Below the pieces are notes generated by a model that did no database searches, was not told the origin of the DNA, and saw only the letters and a program-made list of their open reading frames with translations. Both the position numbers and the translations under genes were made by a program. 64,000 nt of DNA from Capsulimonadaceae bacterium. Its GTDB lineage: Bacteria > Armatimonadota > Armatimonadia > Armatimonadales > Capsulimonadaceae. The stretch covers positions 512,001-576,000 of the forward strand of contig OZ244065.1 of assembly GCA_965215505.1 (NCBI GenBank), given 5' to 3'. This document shows positions 21,264-31,789 of the stretch, piece by piece. Position 1 is the first letter of the stretch; every line of letters begins with the position of its first letter.

Positions 21264-21869
21264 TCAGCGGTTCGCCGGGCTGAGTGCGGCGTCGCGGCCC
21301 AGCACGGTGTCAATGATGCCATATTCCACGCCTTCCTGCGGCGTCATCCAGTAGTCGCGGTCCACATCGCGCGAAACCTGGGAGAACTCCTTGTCGCAGT
21401 TCTCGGCAAGGATCTCGGTCAGCTTCTCTTTGAAGCTCATCACGAGCCGGACCTGGATCTCGATGTCTGAGGGCGTCCCCTGGAAGCCCGCGCTGCCCTG
21501 ATGGATCATGATGCGCGAGTTGGGGAGGGCGGCCCGCTTGCCCTTAGTGCCGCCGGACAGCAGGACCGCGCCCATGGAGGCGGCCATGCCGACACAGGTG
21601 GTGGCGATGTCGGGCTTGATGTGCTTCATCGTGTCGTAGATCGCAAGCCCCGCCATGACGTCGCCGCCGGGGGAGTTGATGTAGACCTCGATGTCCTTGT
21701 CCGGGTCCTCTTTCTCAAGGAAAAGGAACTGGGCGACGATGATGTTCGCCATCGTCGGGTGTACCTGATCGCCGATAAAGACGATCCGGTCTTTCATCAG
21801 GCGCGACCAGAGATCATAGGCGCGCTCGCCGCGCGGACTCTGCTCGATGACGGTCGGTATCCAGGTCAT
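21264..21869 (-). CDS. clpP: Clp protease proteolytic subunit
   Basis: YINSPGG, GMAASMG and RIMIHQ motifs. Confidence 0.98.
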   Translation of the reverse strand: MTWIPTVIEQSPRGERAYDLWSRLMKDRIVFIGDQVHPTMANIIVAQFLFLEKEDPDKDIEVYINSPGGDVMAGLAIYDTMKHIKPDIATTCVGMAASMGAVLLSGGTKGKRAALPNSRIMIHQGSAGFQGTPSDIEIQVRLVMSFKEKLTEILAENCDKEFSQVSRDVDRDYWMTPQEGVEYGIIDTVLGRDAALSPANR

Positions 21870-23257
21870 TCGTTTTCACCTTCTAATGCGCCAAGTTCCA
21901 GCGCGTCTGCCGCGTCGTCTGCGGCCTCCTCCGTGGCTTCCTCAGCTTCGGGTGCGGTGATGACCTTATCCTCGATTATGGCCGATCCCCGCAGAAAGTC
22001 CAGCACTTTTTTCGCCTGCGCCCGGTTCCGCAGGGCGTCCATGCCGCCGTTGCTTTCCAGCAGAGCGCGCACGGCGGCGGGCGAGGTCCGCTCCTCCGTC
22101 GCGCGCTCGGCGAGGGCGGCGTTCAGGTCTTCCTCGGTCAGCGTCAGGTTCTCAGTCTCGCTGACCTTGCCCAGCAGCAGGCCGATCTCGATCCGCTTGG
22201 CGGCGGCGTTCGTGATCTCGCCGACGAGCTGGTCCTGCGTCTTACCGATGCGCTCCAAATACTCGGGGACGGTGACGCCCTGCTGCTCCAGGCGGGCCAT
22301 CAGCTCCTTGACGTCGTCCTCCACCTCGGACTCGACCAGGACGGGCGGGTACTTAATCGTGGAATTCGCGATGATCTGGTCGATCAGCTTGCTGTCCACC
22401 TCGCTCTCGGCACTGGCGATGAGCGACTTCTCCATGTCCACGCGCATCTCGCGCCGCAGCTCGTCCACCGTCTGGTAGCGGCCGTTGGACAGCTTGATCG
22501 CCAGCTCGTCGTTCAGTTCGGGGATCTGCTTCTCGTGGATCTCATTGACCGAGATCGTGAACTCTGCCTCCGCGCCCGCGAGGTCGGCGTCGGGGTAGTC
22601 AGCGGGGTAGGTCAGGGCGAAGGTCTTTTCTTCCCCTTTGGTGAGGCCGATGAGCTGGTCGTCGAAGCCGGGGATGTTGTCCGCGCCGATCTCGATCATG
22701 GTGGGGCGGGCCTCGGCGGCCTCGGGCCGGATGTCTACGAGGGCCGAGAGGTCGGCGACCAGCAGGTCGCCCATCTGGGCGGGCCGCTCGACGACGGGGT
22801 ACTCGGCGGCCCGCTCGCGCATCCTTTGGAGCTGGGTTTCGACGTTCTCGTCGGTCATCTCGTACTTGGGGCGCTCGACGGTCAGGCCGGTGTAGGTGCC
22901 TAGCTCGACCTCGGGCTTCAGCGGGACGGTGGCCTTGAAGATGAAGGGCGTGGCGGTCATGTCGAGCTGGACCAGTTCCAGCTTGGGCAGGGCGAACGGC
23001 TCGACGGCCTCCTGCTCGATGGCCTCGGCATACGCCGGCTCGACCAAAAGCTCCGCCGTGCGCTGGCGGACGTCGGCCTCGGGGACGCGCTGCTTGACGA
23101 ACGAGAGGGGGGCTTTGCCTTTGCGGAAGCCGGGAACGCTGACGTACTTGCCGTACTCGCGGTAGGCGCGGTCCACGGCGACGACGACTTTGTCCGGCTC
23201 GACTTCAATCGTGAGGACGGCCTGGCATGGCTCAAGCGCCTCTTTGGTTACCTGCAT
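21866..23257 (-). CDS. tig: Trigger factor
   Basis: [10 protein letters not shown] ribosome-binding motif, FKBP-like [10 protein letters not shown], canonical tig-clpP-clpX-lon order. Confidence 0.97.
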   Translation of the reverse strand: MQVTKEALEPCQAVLTIEVEPDKVVVAVDRAYREYGKYVSVPGFRKGKAPLSFVKQRVPEADVRQRTAELLVEPAYAEAIEQEAVEPFALPKLELVQLDMTATPFIFKATVPLKPEVELGTYTGLTVERPKYEMTDENVETQLQRMRERAAEYPVVERPAQMGDLLVADLSALVDIRPEAAEARPTMIEIGADNIPGFDDQLIGLTKGEEKTFALTYPADYPDADLAGAEAEFTISVNEIHEKQIPELNDELAIKLSNGRYQTVDELRREMRVDMEKSLIASAESEVDSKLIDQIIANSTIKYPPVLVESEVEDDVKELMARLEQQGVTVPEYLERIGKTQDQLVGEITNAAAKRIEIGLLLGKVSETENLTLTEEDLNAALAERATEERTSPAAVRALLESNGGMDALRNRAQAKKVLDFLRGSAIIEDKVITAPEAEEATEEAADDAADALELGALEGENE

Positions 23258-23368
23258 GATGGTACGGCTACTCCTGTGTGCTGCTTCTGCTGTATATTGG
23301 TTGTGAACAATAGGACATGAACATTAGGGCAAAACGGGGCGGGAGGGTGCATCGTTTCGTTGGCGCAT

Positions 23369-23398
23369 AGTGTACCATAGAGGGCGGAAGGTTGTCAA
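23369..23398 (-). promoter_or_regulatory. Sigma70-type promoter for tig
   Basis: Minus strand TTGACA-N18-TACACT with extended TG. Confidence 0.65.
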
Positions 23399-23422
23399 CG
23401 AACGCGGCCCGCGTGAACGGCC

Positions 23423-23452
23423 TTGACGGGGAACGGCGGGATAGGATATGAT
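23423..23452 (+). promoter_or_regulatory. Divergent sigma70-type promoter
   Basis: TTGACG-N18-TATGAT. Confidence 0.45.
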
Positions 23453-23743
23453 GTTGTTGGAACATCGGCCAATTCCCCGGCGTACAAGGGAACGATGCGT
23501 AAGCGAACTTATCACATCCGCGCCCGCTCCAATAATGATAGGGTCGGCTTTGGCTTTGCCCACTATTCGGCCCTCTGCCGTTTCGCTTTCGGCAGGTGGG
23601 GCAGGTCCCACGACCGGGCGCTAGCGCGCGTTGGTCGCGCGAATGGTTGTACCCTCTGGCAGACGGACCCGCGCGGCTTCCACCAAAGCCCTGCCGACCA
23701 CAAGAACATCCTTGACCGTGACTCGATCTAGGAAGCGCCTACT

Positions 23744-25585
23744 GTGAAGACACATCCCCTAAACAAAACGGCCCGCCTGGTGGCGGCACTCGCCCCGATG
23801 ACACTCCTGGCCGGAGCAACCCTGCTGCTGACCGGCGGGGCACCCAAGCCCGCCGTCAAAGCCATGACCGCCTTCGCGCCTGTCACGGACCTGGGCGGCC
23901 ATGTCTACGACGGGCGGACGATTGCCAGTCACAAGGCGACCATATTCGTGTTCCTGTCCACGCAGTGCCCCGTGTCCAAGGTCTACGCGCCGCGCCTGAA
24001 CGCGCTGGCGCGGGAGTATGGGGCGCGCGGCGTGCAGATGGTCGGCGTCTTTTCTAATATGCAGGAGGGGCAGGCGGAGGTGGCGGCGTTCGCCAAGGGG
24101 CGCGGCCTGGCGTTCCCAATCGTGCGGGATGGCGACGCGGCGATGGCGAAGCGGCTCGGCGCGACGATGACGCCGCAGGCGTTCGTCGTGGACCCGGCGG
24201 GCGCGGTGGTCTACTCCGGGCGCGTGGATGACAGCGCGGACGCCTCGACCGTGCATCACAAGGATTTGCAGGGGGCTTTGGACGCGGTCCTTGCTGGTCG
24301 GCCTGTGGCGCAGGCCCGGACGGTCGCTTTTGGGTGTGTCATCCGGCGGCCCGCCGTTCAGGTGGCCTCATCCCTAGTTACATACTCCCATGACGTGGCC
24401 CCGATTTTGCAGCGGCAGTGCGAAACCTGCCACCGGGCCGGGCAGATCGGGCCGATGGCCTTGACCTCCTATGCCCAGGCGGCGGCATGGCGCGGGGACA
24501 TCAAGCGCTACACATCAAGCCGGCAGATGCCGCCGTGGAAGGCCGACCTAGGCGCGGGCGACTTCCAGGACGCGCGGCGTTTGAGCGACCATGAGGTCGC
24601 GACCCTGGCAAAGTGGGCCGACGCGGGGGCACCCGAGGGCGACCCGAAGGACCTGCCCGCGCCGCCGCACTTTAACGACGACTGGGCGCTCGGGAAGCCG
24701 GACATGGTTCTGGAGCCTTCGCGCGCGTACCATGTGGATGCGGACGGCGGGGACGTGTACCGTTGCTACGTCATCCCGACCGACTTCACGCAGGACCGCT
24801 ATGTCTCCGCCGTGGACGTGCAGCCGGGCAACCGGGCCGTGGTGCATCACGTCATCGCCTTCATCGACGGCGACGGCAGATCCGCCAACCTGGACGGGCA
24901 CGAGAAGGAGCCGGGCTACACCTCCTTCGGCGGCGTCGGCTTCACGCCCACGGGCGCTCTGGGCGGCTGGGCACCGGGCATGACCGCCCACTATCTGCCG
25001 GCGGGCGTCGCGACCCAGGTGCCGAAGGGGGCGCGGATCGTCCTGCAAGTGCATTACCACAAGGACGGCAAGCCCGAGACGGACCTGTCGCGGGTGGGCC
25101 TTTATTTTTCCAAGGGAACTGTGGAAAAGACGCTGCACGTCATCCCGGTCATCCACGGCCTGCAAATCCCGCCGAACGACTCGCACTACACGGTCAGCAC
25201 GACCTCGGCCCCATCCCCGATTAACTACCATCTGATCGCGGTCACGCCGCACATGCACCTGCTGGGACGAAAAATGGCGCTGACGGCCATCAAGTCGGAC
25301 GGCACGAAGGTCCCGCTGGTGTCGGTCTCGGATTGGGACTTCAACTGGCAGTCCACCTACTTCTACAAAAAGCCGCTGGCCCTGCCGGCGGGGACGCGCG
25401 TCGTCATGACGGCCACCTATGACAACTCGGCGCACAACCCGCGCAACCCGAACACGCCGCCGAAGGCCGTGACGTGGGGCGAGCAGACGACCGACGAAAT
25501 GTGCATCGCGTTCCTGCATTACACACTGGACCGCGAGCATCTGGCCGTCCGGGACCACCCTACGGGGCCGGTCGCACGGCGGTAA
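23744..25585 (+). CDS. Exported redoxin / c-type heme / copper type II monooxygenase-like fusion protein
   Basis: Signal peptide; redoxin FLSTQCPVS...ATMTPQ...YSGRVDD; heme motif CETCH; Cu-ligand motifs VVHHVI, HYH, PHMH and DEMC. Confidence 0.85.
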   Translation: MKTHPLNKTARLVAALAPMTLLAGATLLLTGGAPKPAVKAMTAFAPVTDLGGHVYDGRTIASHKATIFVFLSTQCPVSKVYAPRLNALAREYGARGVQMVGVFSNMQEGQAEVAAFAKGRGLAFPIVRDGDAAMAKRLGATMTPQAFVVDPAGAVVYSGRVDDSADASTVHHKDLQGALDAVLAGRPVAQARTVAFGCVIRRPAVQVASSLVTYSHDVAPILQRQCETCHRAGQIGPMALTSYAQAAAWRGDIKRYTSSRQMPPWKADLGAGDFQDARRLSDHEVATLAKWADAGAPEGDPKDLPAPPHFNDDWALGKPDMVLEPSRAYHVDADGGDVYRCYVIPTDFTQDRYVSAVDVQPGNRAVVHHVIAFIDGDGRSANLDGHEKEPGYTSFGGVGFTPTGALGGWAPGMTAHYLPAGVATQVPKGARIVLQVHYHKDGKPETDLSRVGLYFSKGTVEKTLHVIPVIHGLQIPPNDSHYTVSTTSAPSPINYHLIAVTPHMHLLGRKMALTAIKSDGTKVPLVSVSDWDFNWQSTYFYKKPLALPAGTRVVMTATYDNSAHNPRNPNTPPKAVTWGEQTTDEMCIAFLHYTLDREHLAVRDHPTGPVARR

Positions 25586-25612
25586 GGATGCGACAGAGAA
25601 GCAGGCAGACGA

Positions 25613-25641
25613 GAGGGCGGGGGTTCCCCGCCCTTCTTTTT
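25613..25641 (+). terminator. Intrinsic terminator
   Basis: AGGGCGGGG-gtt-CCCCGCCCT followed by TCTTTTT. Confidence 0.75.
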
Positions 25642-25810
25642 CGTGCCCGGAGCAGGCCGAAAAAATCTTTTCAGATTTTCGGTCTTTTCGGGAAAAATAC
25701 GATACAATGGATAGGTAAGGGGCGACGCCGTTCCTTGATCAAGCCTACCTGACTCTTGTTGCAGGCCGAGGTATCCGTCACCCCGGCCGTTGATCCGAAG
25801 GAGGAAATGC

Positions 25811-27454
25811 ATGGCCGCATCGTCGCCCACCGACTCCCCGCCCGACATTCCGCGCTTCCGCCCCACGCGGCGGCAGTGCCTCACGGCGGGCGCGCTGGCA
25901 ACCGCTGCCCTTGCAGGCCTGCGGCCAGCTTCCGCCGCCCCCCCGGCCCTGGACGATGTCCCTGCCGTGCCTGTGAAGTCGCCTGTTCCGGTAAAACTCC
26001 CCTCGCCTCTCCTGCGCTACAACCCCGCAGTGAACTGGGACGACCCGACCCTGCGTCTCGTGCGGCGCGTCACGATGGGACTGACGACTGCCGAAGCGCA
26101 GCGGGCGGCCTCGCTGGGGTACGACGGCTACCTGGAGTATCAGCTCAACGCGGACGGGATAGACGACAGTACTGTCGAGGGCTACGTCGGGACCAACTAT
26201 CCCACCCTGTCCATGTCGCCGCATGACCTGCGCGCGGCCTATTCCACGACGAACAGCTTGGTCAGCAACCCGCTGTTCGAGGCGACTCTGTTCCGGTCCA
26301 TGTACTCCCAGCGTCAGCTTTTGCAGCGCATGGTGGAGCTGTGGTCGGACCACTTCAACATCTGGATCGGCAAGGCCGACATCCTGTACCTGAAGGGGGA
26401 TGACGACCGGGACGTCGTCCGCGCCCATGCGCTTGGGAAGTTCCCCGACATGCTGCGGGCCAGCGCGCACAGCCCGGCCATGCTCCAGATGCTGGACAAC
26501 AGCAGCAGCCGGGGCGACGGCAAACCGGCCAAGTCACCCAATCAGAACTACGCCCGTGAGCTGATGGAGCTGCACACCCTGGGCGTGGACGGCGGCTACA
26601 CGCAGACGGACGTTCTGGAGGTGGCCCGCTGCTTCACCGGATGGAGCATGGAGACCGACTCGACCAGCCCGAACTATGGGACGTTCAAGTACATCCCAGG
26701 CTATCACGACAACGGGGCGAAGACCGTGCTGGGGCACACGATCCCGGCGACGGGAGCCACGACCGTCGGGGCCGGCATCACGGACGGACAAACGGTACTC
26801 GACATCCTGGCGAGCCACCCCAGCACCGCGCTCATGGTCGCCGGCAAGATGACTCGGTGGCTGCTGCGTTCCGACCCGTCGCCCGCGCTCCTCCAGAGCG
26901 TCGCCCAGGTCTATCTAAGCACCGGCGGCGACATCAAGGCCATGATCCGGGCCATCCTGCAAGAAGACCTGCTGATGCAGGCTCCGGCCAAATACAAGCG
27001 GCCATATCACCTGCTCGTCTCCGCCGTCCGGGCGACCGCCCCGACGGTCAGCGATCCGGCCCGCTGGCTCGCGGCGCTGCGTCCGCAGACCGACCCCTTG
27101 GGGCAGACGCCGTTCGAGTGGCAGGCGCCCAACGGCTACCCGGACGCGCTCGGCTACTGGGCCGGGCTGATCCTGCCGCGCTGGAACTTCGGCATCACGC
27201 TCGCCAACAACGGCTTCGCGGGCGGTGCCATGGACATCACAGCGCTCCAGAAGGCGGCGACCCCCCAGGCGATCGCCGATCTGCTGAACGCGGCCCTGTT
27301 CGGCGGCGGCCTTCCGTCGCCGGAGAAGGACGCCCTGACGCATTTCCTGGCCTCCACCGTGCCCCCGCCGACCGCCGCCAAGCCGCTCGCCGCCCAGCGC
27401 ATCCGGGACGTGATCGGCCTGGCCCTGGCCTCCCCCAACTTCCAGTGGTATTAA
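25811..27454 (+). CDS. DUF1800 family protein with Tat-like signal
   Basis: TRRQCL twin-arginine motif; QLLQRMVELWSDHFN, NQNYARELMELHTLG and ARCFTGW family motifs. Confidence 0.9.
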   Translation: MAASSPTDSPPDIPRFRPTRRQCLTAGALATAALAGLRPASAAPPALDDVPAVPVKSPVPVKLPSPLLRYNPAVNWDDPTLRLVRRVTMGLTTAEAQRAASLGYDGYLEYQLNADGIDDSTVEGYVGTNYPTLSMSPHDLRAAYSTTNSLVSNPLFEATLFRSMYSQRQLLQRMVELWSDHFNIWIGKADILYLKGDDDRDVVRAHALGKFPDMLRASAHSPAMLQMLDNSSSRGDGKPAKSPNQNYARELMELHTLGVDGGYTQTDVLEVARCFTGWSMETDSTSPNYGTFKYIPGYHDNGAKTVLGHTIPATGATTVGAGITDGQTVLDILASHPSTALMVAGKMTRWLLRSDPSPALLQSVAQVYLSTGGDIKAMIRAILQEDLLMQAPAKYKRPYHLLVSAVRATAPTVSDPARWLAALRPQTDPLGQTPFEWQAPNGYPDALGYWAGLILPRWNFGITLANNGFAGGAMDITALQKAATPQAIADLLNAALFGGGLPSPEKDALTHFLASTVPPPTAAKPLAAQRIRDVIGLALASPNFQWY

Positions 27455-27466
27455 AGGAAAATCAAC

Positions 27467-28756
27467 ATGAGCAGGTCAATCGAGACCGGGTGCGACGAGT
27501 ACAAGGCGCTGTCGCGCCGCCAGTTCCTCTCCGGCACGGTGAAGGGCGCGATGCTTGCCTCCTTCATCCCCGCCTGGATTCCCCAGGTGGCGTTCGCCCA
27601 ATCCGACTCCTCCAGCCGGGACGTGATCGTCTCCATCTTCGGGCGCGGGGCGTTCGACGGGCTGACGCTCTGCGTCCCCTACGGGGAAAAGGCCTACTAC
27701 GCGGCCAGGCCGACCATCGCCATCGCGCCGCCCAGCAGCACGGACCCGAACAGCGCCGTTGACCTGGACGGCTTCTTCGGGCTACCGCCGGCGATGGGGG
27801 CGCTGCTGGAGATGTACCAGGCGAAGAATCTGCTGCTGGTCCACGGGGCGGGTTCCATAGACCCCTCCCATTCCCACTTTGACGCCCAGCGGTACATGGA
27901 GGTCGGCAAGCCGGAAGACCTGTCGCTGACGACGGGCTGGCTGGGACGGCACCTGGCGAGTACACCGCCTGTCATGGCGAACGCCCCGCTGCGCGCGCTG
28001 AGCATCGCCAACGCCTTGCCGGCGACCTTGGCCGGCTCGCCCCTGGCGCTCCCCGTCCCGAACCCATCCTCCTTCGGGCTGGCCGGCACGGCCGCCACGC
28101 GCACCGAGCGGGTCCAGTGGCTGACTGACACCTATGCCACCGTGGACGACCCGGTCCAGGCGGCGGCGGAGAACACGACAAAGACATTCAACCTGCTGGA
28201 GAACATCGGCTTCGCGACCTACAAACCGTCGGGCGGCGCGGTCTACCCCAACAACGGCTTCGGCAACGCCCTGAAGTCGGCGGCTGCTCTGATCAAAGCC
28301 CAGGTGGGGGTCGAGGCCATCCACATAGACATCGGCGGCTGGGACACGCACAGCGCCCAGGGGCCGCTGACCGGCGGCATGGCGGCCAACATGAAGACGC
28401 TGGCGGGCGCACTGGCCGCCTTCCAGACCGACATCTCCTCCGGCCCGGTGACCGGCGTGACGACCGCCGTGGTGTCCGAGTTCGGACGCACGGTACATGA
28501 GAACGCCAGCAAGGGCACCGACCACGGGCACGGGAACGTCATGTTCCTGATGGGCGAGAAGATCAACGGCGGGCGCGTCCTGGCGAACTGGCCCGGCCTG
28601 GCCCCGGAGCAGCTCTACTTGAAGCAGGACCTCCAGGTGACGATTGACTACCGGGACATCCTGGCCGAAGTCGTACAGAAGCGGCTGGGGAACTCCGCGC
28701 TGCCGTTCGTGTTCCCCGACCACACCGCCAAGTTCTACGGCGTGACGAAGGCTTGA
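27467..28756 (+). CDS. DUF1501 family protein with Tat signal
   Basis: LSRRQFL, RGAFDGL, SHFDAQ, GGWDTH, SEFGRT, GTDHG and DYRD motifs; canonical DUF1800 partner. Confidence 0.92.
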   Translation: MSRSIETGCDEYKALSRRQFLSGTVKGAMLASFIPAWIPQVAFAQSDSSSRDVIVSIFGRGAFDGLTLCVPYGEKAYYAARPTIAIAPPSSTDPNSAVDLDGFFGLPPAMGALLEMYQAKNLLLVHGAGSIDPSHSHFDAQRYMEVGKPEDLSLTTGWLGRHLASTPPVMANAPLRALSIANALPATLAGSPLALPVPNPSSFGLAGTAATRTERVQWLTDTYATVDDPVQAAAENTTKTFNLLENIGFATYKPSGGAVYPNNGFGNALKSAAALIKAQVGVEAIHIDIGGWDTHSAQGPLTGGMAANMKTLAGALAAFQTDISSGPVTGVTTAVVSEFGRTVHENASKGTDHGHGNVMFLMGEKINGGRVLANWPGLAPEQLYLKQDLQVTIDYRDILAEVVQKRLGNSALPFVFPDHTAKFYGVTKA

Positions 28757-28765
28757 TTGGCCCGC

Positions 28766-29080
28766 ATGCCCGCTCCCGCCCGTATCCTGCTCTCCGCAGT
28801 CGCTCTGCTCTGGCTGATCGCTGAATGGTCGCTTGCCCTCCCGCCCCTGCTGCGGGAGGGCTTTTGGCCGTGGCACCTCGCCGCCCTAGGCCGCCTGCGC
28901 CATGACGCCGCCTTCCAACTGGTGGCGCTGGACTATTTGCTGGCCTACGCCGTCGCGTTCGGCGTTTCCGTATGCGACGCCCGGCGGCGTTCGCGGCACT
29001 GGGGCCTTTGGGCGGTGGCTTTCCTGCTGTTAACAGCGCCCGCGCTGCTGTTCTACTGGGCCACCCGTAGGTCCGTGTAG
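28766..29080 (+). CDS. Small membrane protein (DUF2834-like)
   Basis: Three hydrophobic segments with D...DARR motif. Confidence 0.55.
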   Translation: MPAPARILLSAVALLWLIAEWSLALPPLLREGFWPWHLAALGRLRHDAAFQLVALDYLLAYAVAFGVSVCDARRRSRHWGLWAVAFLLLTAPALLFYWATRRSV

Positions 29081-29814
29081 CGGATGACCTGGACGTCCAG
29101 AGCAGCCAGCGCGGCGGGCAGGCCGGGATCGGTCAGCAGGCGGCGGTCGGCGTCGCGCCACTTCGCGACCTGGCCGATGCCGTCAAAACGGCGCATGTCG
29201 TCGGCGTCCCAGCCGGGGTGGGTGACATGGACATACGCGCCGGGCGGGGCGGCTTCGAGTGACTTCAGGAACGAGTCCATGCCCCCCGATCCGCCCGCGT
29301 CGGGCAGGACCGGCAGCCCGTGCGCGTCAACCAGGCCCTCGCGCCGTGCTATCCCCGCGATCCCTGCCCGCAGCTCGGGCCACGGCCAGGAGACACCCAT
29401 GTGTTCGTCCATGTAGCCGACGGTCAGCCCGGCCTCCCGCATCCGCGCCAGTTGGGCCTCGATCTCGGCCAGCATTTCCTCCACCCGCGCTCCGTGTTCC
29501 TGCGTCTCGGCGGGCGTCGGCCAGAAGTAACCCCGTTCATCTACCAAAGACGCCACCCGGTCGCGCGGCAGGACGGGGGGCCATTTGACCGTTTCCCATT
29601 CGGCGTTCAAAGTGACGTGCAGGCCCAGGCGGATCGTCTCAGGCAGGCTTTTCAGCAGCGGCACTGCTGCTTCAAAGGCGGGGCCAGGGACCATGACGGA
29701 GACGTTGCGGAGGACGCCGTGGCGGGCCGCCTGCCGGATGGCGACGTTGGCGCTCTCGCACGAGCCGGCGTCATCGCCGCGCGTGACCAGGCGGATGCGG
29801 GGTGTGGAAGACAT
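29053..29814 (-). CDS. ChbG/HpnK/YdjC family carbohydrate deacetylase
   Basis: RGDDAG, GLHVTLNAEW, YMDEHMG and VTHPG motifs. Confidence 0.9.
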   Translation of the reverse strand: MSSTPRIRLVTRGDDAGSCESANVAIRQAARHGVLRNVSVMVPGPAFEAAVPLLKSLPETIRLGLHVTLNAEWETVKWPPVLPRDRVASLVDERGYFWPTPAETQEHGARVEEMLAEIEAQLARMREAGLTVGYMDEHMGVSWPWPELRAGIAGIARREGLVDAHGLPVLPDAGGSGGMDSFLKSLEAAPPGAYVHVTHPGWDADDMRRFDGIGQVAKWRDADRRLLTDPGLPAALAALDVQVIRYTDLRVAQ

Positions 29815-29820
29815 GATGCT

Positions 29821-29849
29821 AGTATAAGCTTCCCGCGCGGGCCTGTCAA
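29821..29849 (-). promoter_or_regulatory. Sigma70 promoter, likely producing a leaderless mRNA
   Basis: TTGACA-N17-TATACT, 6 nt before ATG 29814. Confidence 0.8.
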
Positions 29850-29915
29850 GCAGGGGAAACCGATGCCCACGTCGAACCTACGGCCCGAACCAACTTTTTG
29901 AGGAGCAACCAACAT

Positions 29916-31139
29916 TTGCAGCGCGCCAAACGACTCTCGCTGATCCCGCCCTATCTCTTCGGCGAGATCGCCAAACTAAAAGCCCAGGCCATCGCCGACG
30001 GGCGTGACCTCATTGACCTCGGCATCGGGGACCCGGACCAGCCGACCCCGCCGGAGATCATTGACAAGCTCAACGCCTTCGCGCACGACCCCGCGACCCA
30101 CCGTTATGACGAGTCCAACGCGGGTCCGGCCGAATTCCTATCGGCCGTCGCGACCTGGTTCCAGAACCGCTTCGGCGTGGAGCTTGACCCGTCATGCGAG
30201 ATCATCGAGCTGATCGGGAGCAAGGAAGGGCTGGCCCACGCCGCCTGGGCCTTCATTGACCCCGGCGACATCGCCCTGGTCCCTGACCCGGCCTACACGG
30301 TCGTCAAGGTGAACACCCTGCTCGCGGGCGGGACGCCCTACGAGATGCCGCTGCTGGCCGAGAACGGGTTCATGCCCGACCTGTCGCTGATCCCCGGCGA
30401 CGTGGTGAAACGGGCCAAGCTGATGTACCTGAACTACCCGAACAACCCGACCGGAGCGGTGGCGACTCGCGAGTTCTTCCAGGAGGCCGTGAACTTCGCC
30501 CGCGAAACCGGTATCCTGATCCTGCACGACTGCGCCTACGCTGAGGTCGGCTATGACGGGTATTTGGCACCGAGCATTCTGGAGATCGAAGGGGCCAAAG
30601 AAGTCGCCATCGAGACGCACTCCCTGTCCAAGACCTTCAACATGACGGGCTGGCGCATCGGCTTCGCCGTGGGCAACCCGGACGCCCTGCGCGCCCTGAA
30701 CACGATCAAGGGGAACGTGGACAGCAAGCAGTTCTCGGCCATCGCCCTGACGGCGGGCTGGGCCTTGAACCACGCAAGCAACGAACCCGCTTTGGCGCTC
30801 ATGAAGCGCCGCCGAGACGTCCTGATTGACGGCCTGAACCGGCTCGGCTGGAAACTGGAGAAGCCGCAGGCGGCCTTCTACGTCTGGGCACCCGTCCCGC
30901 CCGGCTACACCTCGGCGACGTTCTCCCGCGCGCTGCTGGAGAAGGCCGACGTATTAGCCATCCCCGGCCTCGGCTATGGCCCGCACGGCGACGGCTACGT
31001 CCGCATGTCGCTGACGGTGAGCGGCGACAAGAACGGCGAGCTGCTGGAAGAGGCGGTTCGGCGGATCGAGAAGAACGTCGAGATTAAGTGGGACGGGGCA
31101 AGCTCCGGGGCTGCGCTTCTCGGCGATTCGAGCGGTTGA
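29916..31139 (+). CDS. dapL: PLP class I/II aminotransferase, probable LL-diaminopimelate aminotransferase
   Basis: IPPYLF, DLGIGDPD, IGSKEGLAH, NYPNNPTG and HSLSKTFNMTGWRIG. GAGGAG RBS precedes TTG 29916. Substrate is inferred. Confidence 0.75.
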   Translation: MQRAKRLSLIPPYLFGEIAKLKAQAIADGRDLIDLGIGDPDQPTPPEIIDKLNAFAHDPATHRYDESNAGPAEFLSAVATWFQNRFGVELDPSCEIIELIGSKEGLAHAAWAFIDPGDIALVPDPAYTVVKVNTLLAGGTPYEMPLLAENGFMPDLSLIPGDVVKRAKLMYLNYPNNPTGAVATREFFQEAVNFARETGILILHDCAYAEVGYDGYLAPSILEIEGAKEVAIETHSLSKTFNMTGWRIGFAVGNPDALRALNTIKGNVDSKQFSAIALTAGWALNHASNEPALALMKRRRDVLIDGLNRLGWKLEKPQAAFYVWAPVPPGYTSATFSRALLEKADVLAIPGLGYGPHGDGYVRMSLTVSGDKNGELLEEAVRRIEKNVEIKWDGASSGAALLGDSSG

Positions 31140-31172
31140 AAACCGCTCGCTAGGCGAGGTGTCCTTCGGACA
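31129..31172 (+). repeat. Single arm of a REPIN-like element (same family as 51208-51352)
   Basis: CGAGCGGTTGAAAACCGCTCGCTA followed by a TGTCCTTCGGACA hairpin; compare CGAGTGCTTGAAATCACTCGCT and TGTCCAGGGGACA at 51.2 kb. Contains the dapL stop. Confidence 0.65.
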
Positions 31173-31187
31173 GGAGAGAAGGCTGTC

Positions 31188-31789
31188 ATAACCATACTAG
31201 TATCACCGTTCCGCTATTTCCGCGACCCGCACCACTTCTCCAGCTATGCCGATGCTGGAGAAGTGTGCCTTTCTGCAGGTTCGCGCGGGCGGGTTATGGG
31301 GGTGGATTTTACGGCGAGTCTGAACATGACGACCTTGAGTTCATCTGTGAGGTCTGCTTACTCGCTGGCAAGCTGACGGAGAAGAGTCTATTCATGAACG
31401 AAGCTGTAGACCTTCGCCCCGACATACGGCAGCACTACCCTCGGTTGTCCGAAGCTGAGGTGGTGGCGCTTACCCAACAGCGGACCTCTGAACTGGAACA
31501 GCGAACGCCGAGCATCATGGCCTGGCAACCGCTTCTCTGGCCGATTCATTGTGGCGACTTCTGCTGCTTTGTCAAAGAGGCGGGTCAACTGGATATGCAC
31601 AGGCTGGCACCGGACGGAGATGGGCGGGTGTTCTTCAAGGCTCACCTGAACGAGCCAGGGCGGAACGACATTTGGGAGACGGTGCGCCCTGATGCACCCG
31701 AAGACAACTCCGTCGGCTGCTCGGTTGGAGTTTACCTGTTTCAGTGCCTGGAATGTGGCGAGTACCTAATAACATGGGATTGCGATTGA
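31188..31789 (+). pseudogene. CbrC/UPF0167-like Cys-rich gene with a frameshift and apparently lost start codon
   Basis: PFRYFRDPHHFSSY in one frame joins (C)PFC...FYG...ICEVC...WQPLLWPIHCGDFCCF...YLFQCLECG...WDCD in another at 31266-31270 (TGC CT TTC TGC). RBS AGGAGAGAAGG precedes ATA rather than ATG. Confidence 0.7.

Noticed and set aside
23258..23743. Possible tRNA upstream of tig, or an L34-like ORF (MRKRTYH, 23495-23731)
   Set aside because: I saw no cloverleaf or TTCGA T-loop, and the ORF lacks the L34 HGF..RM motif.
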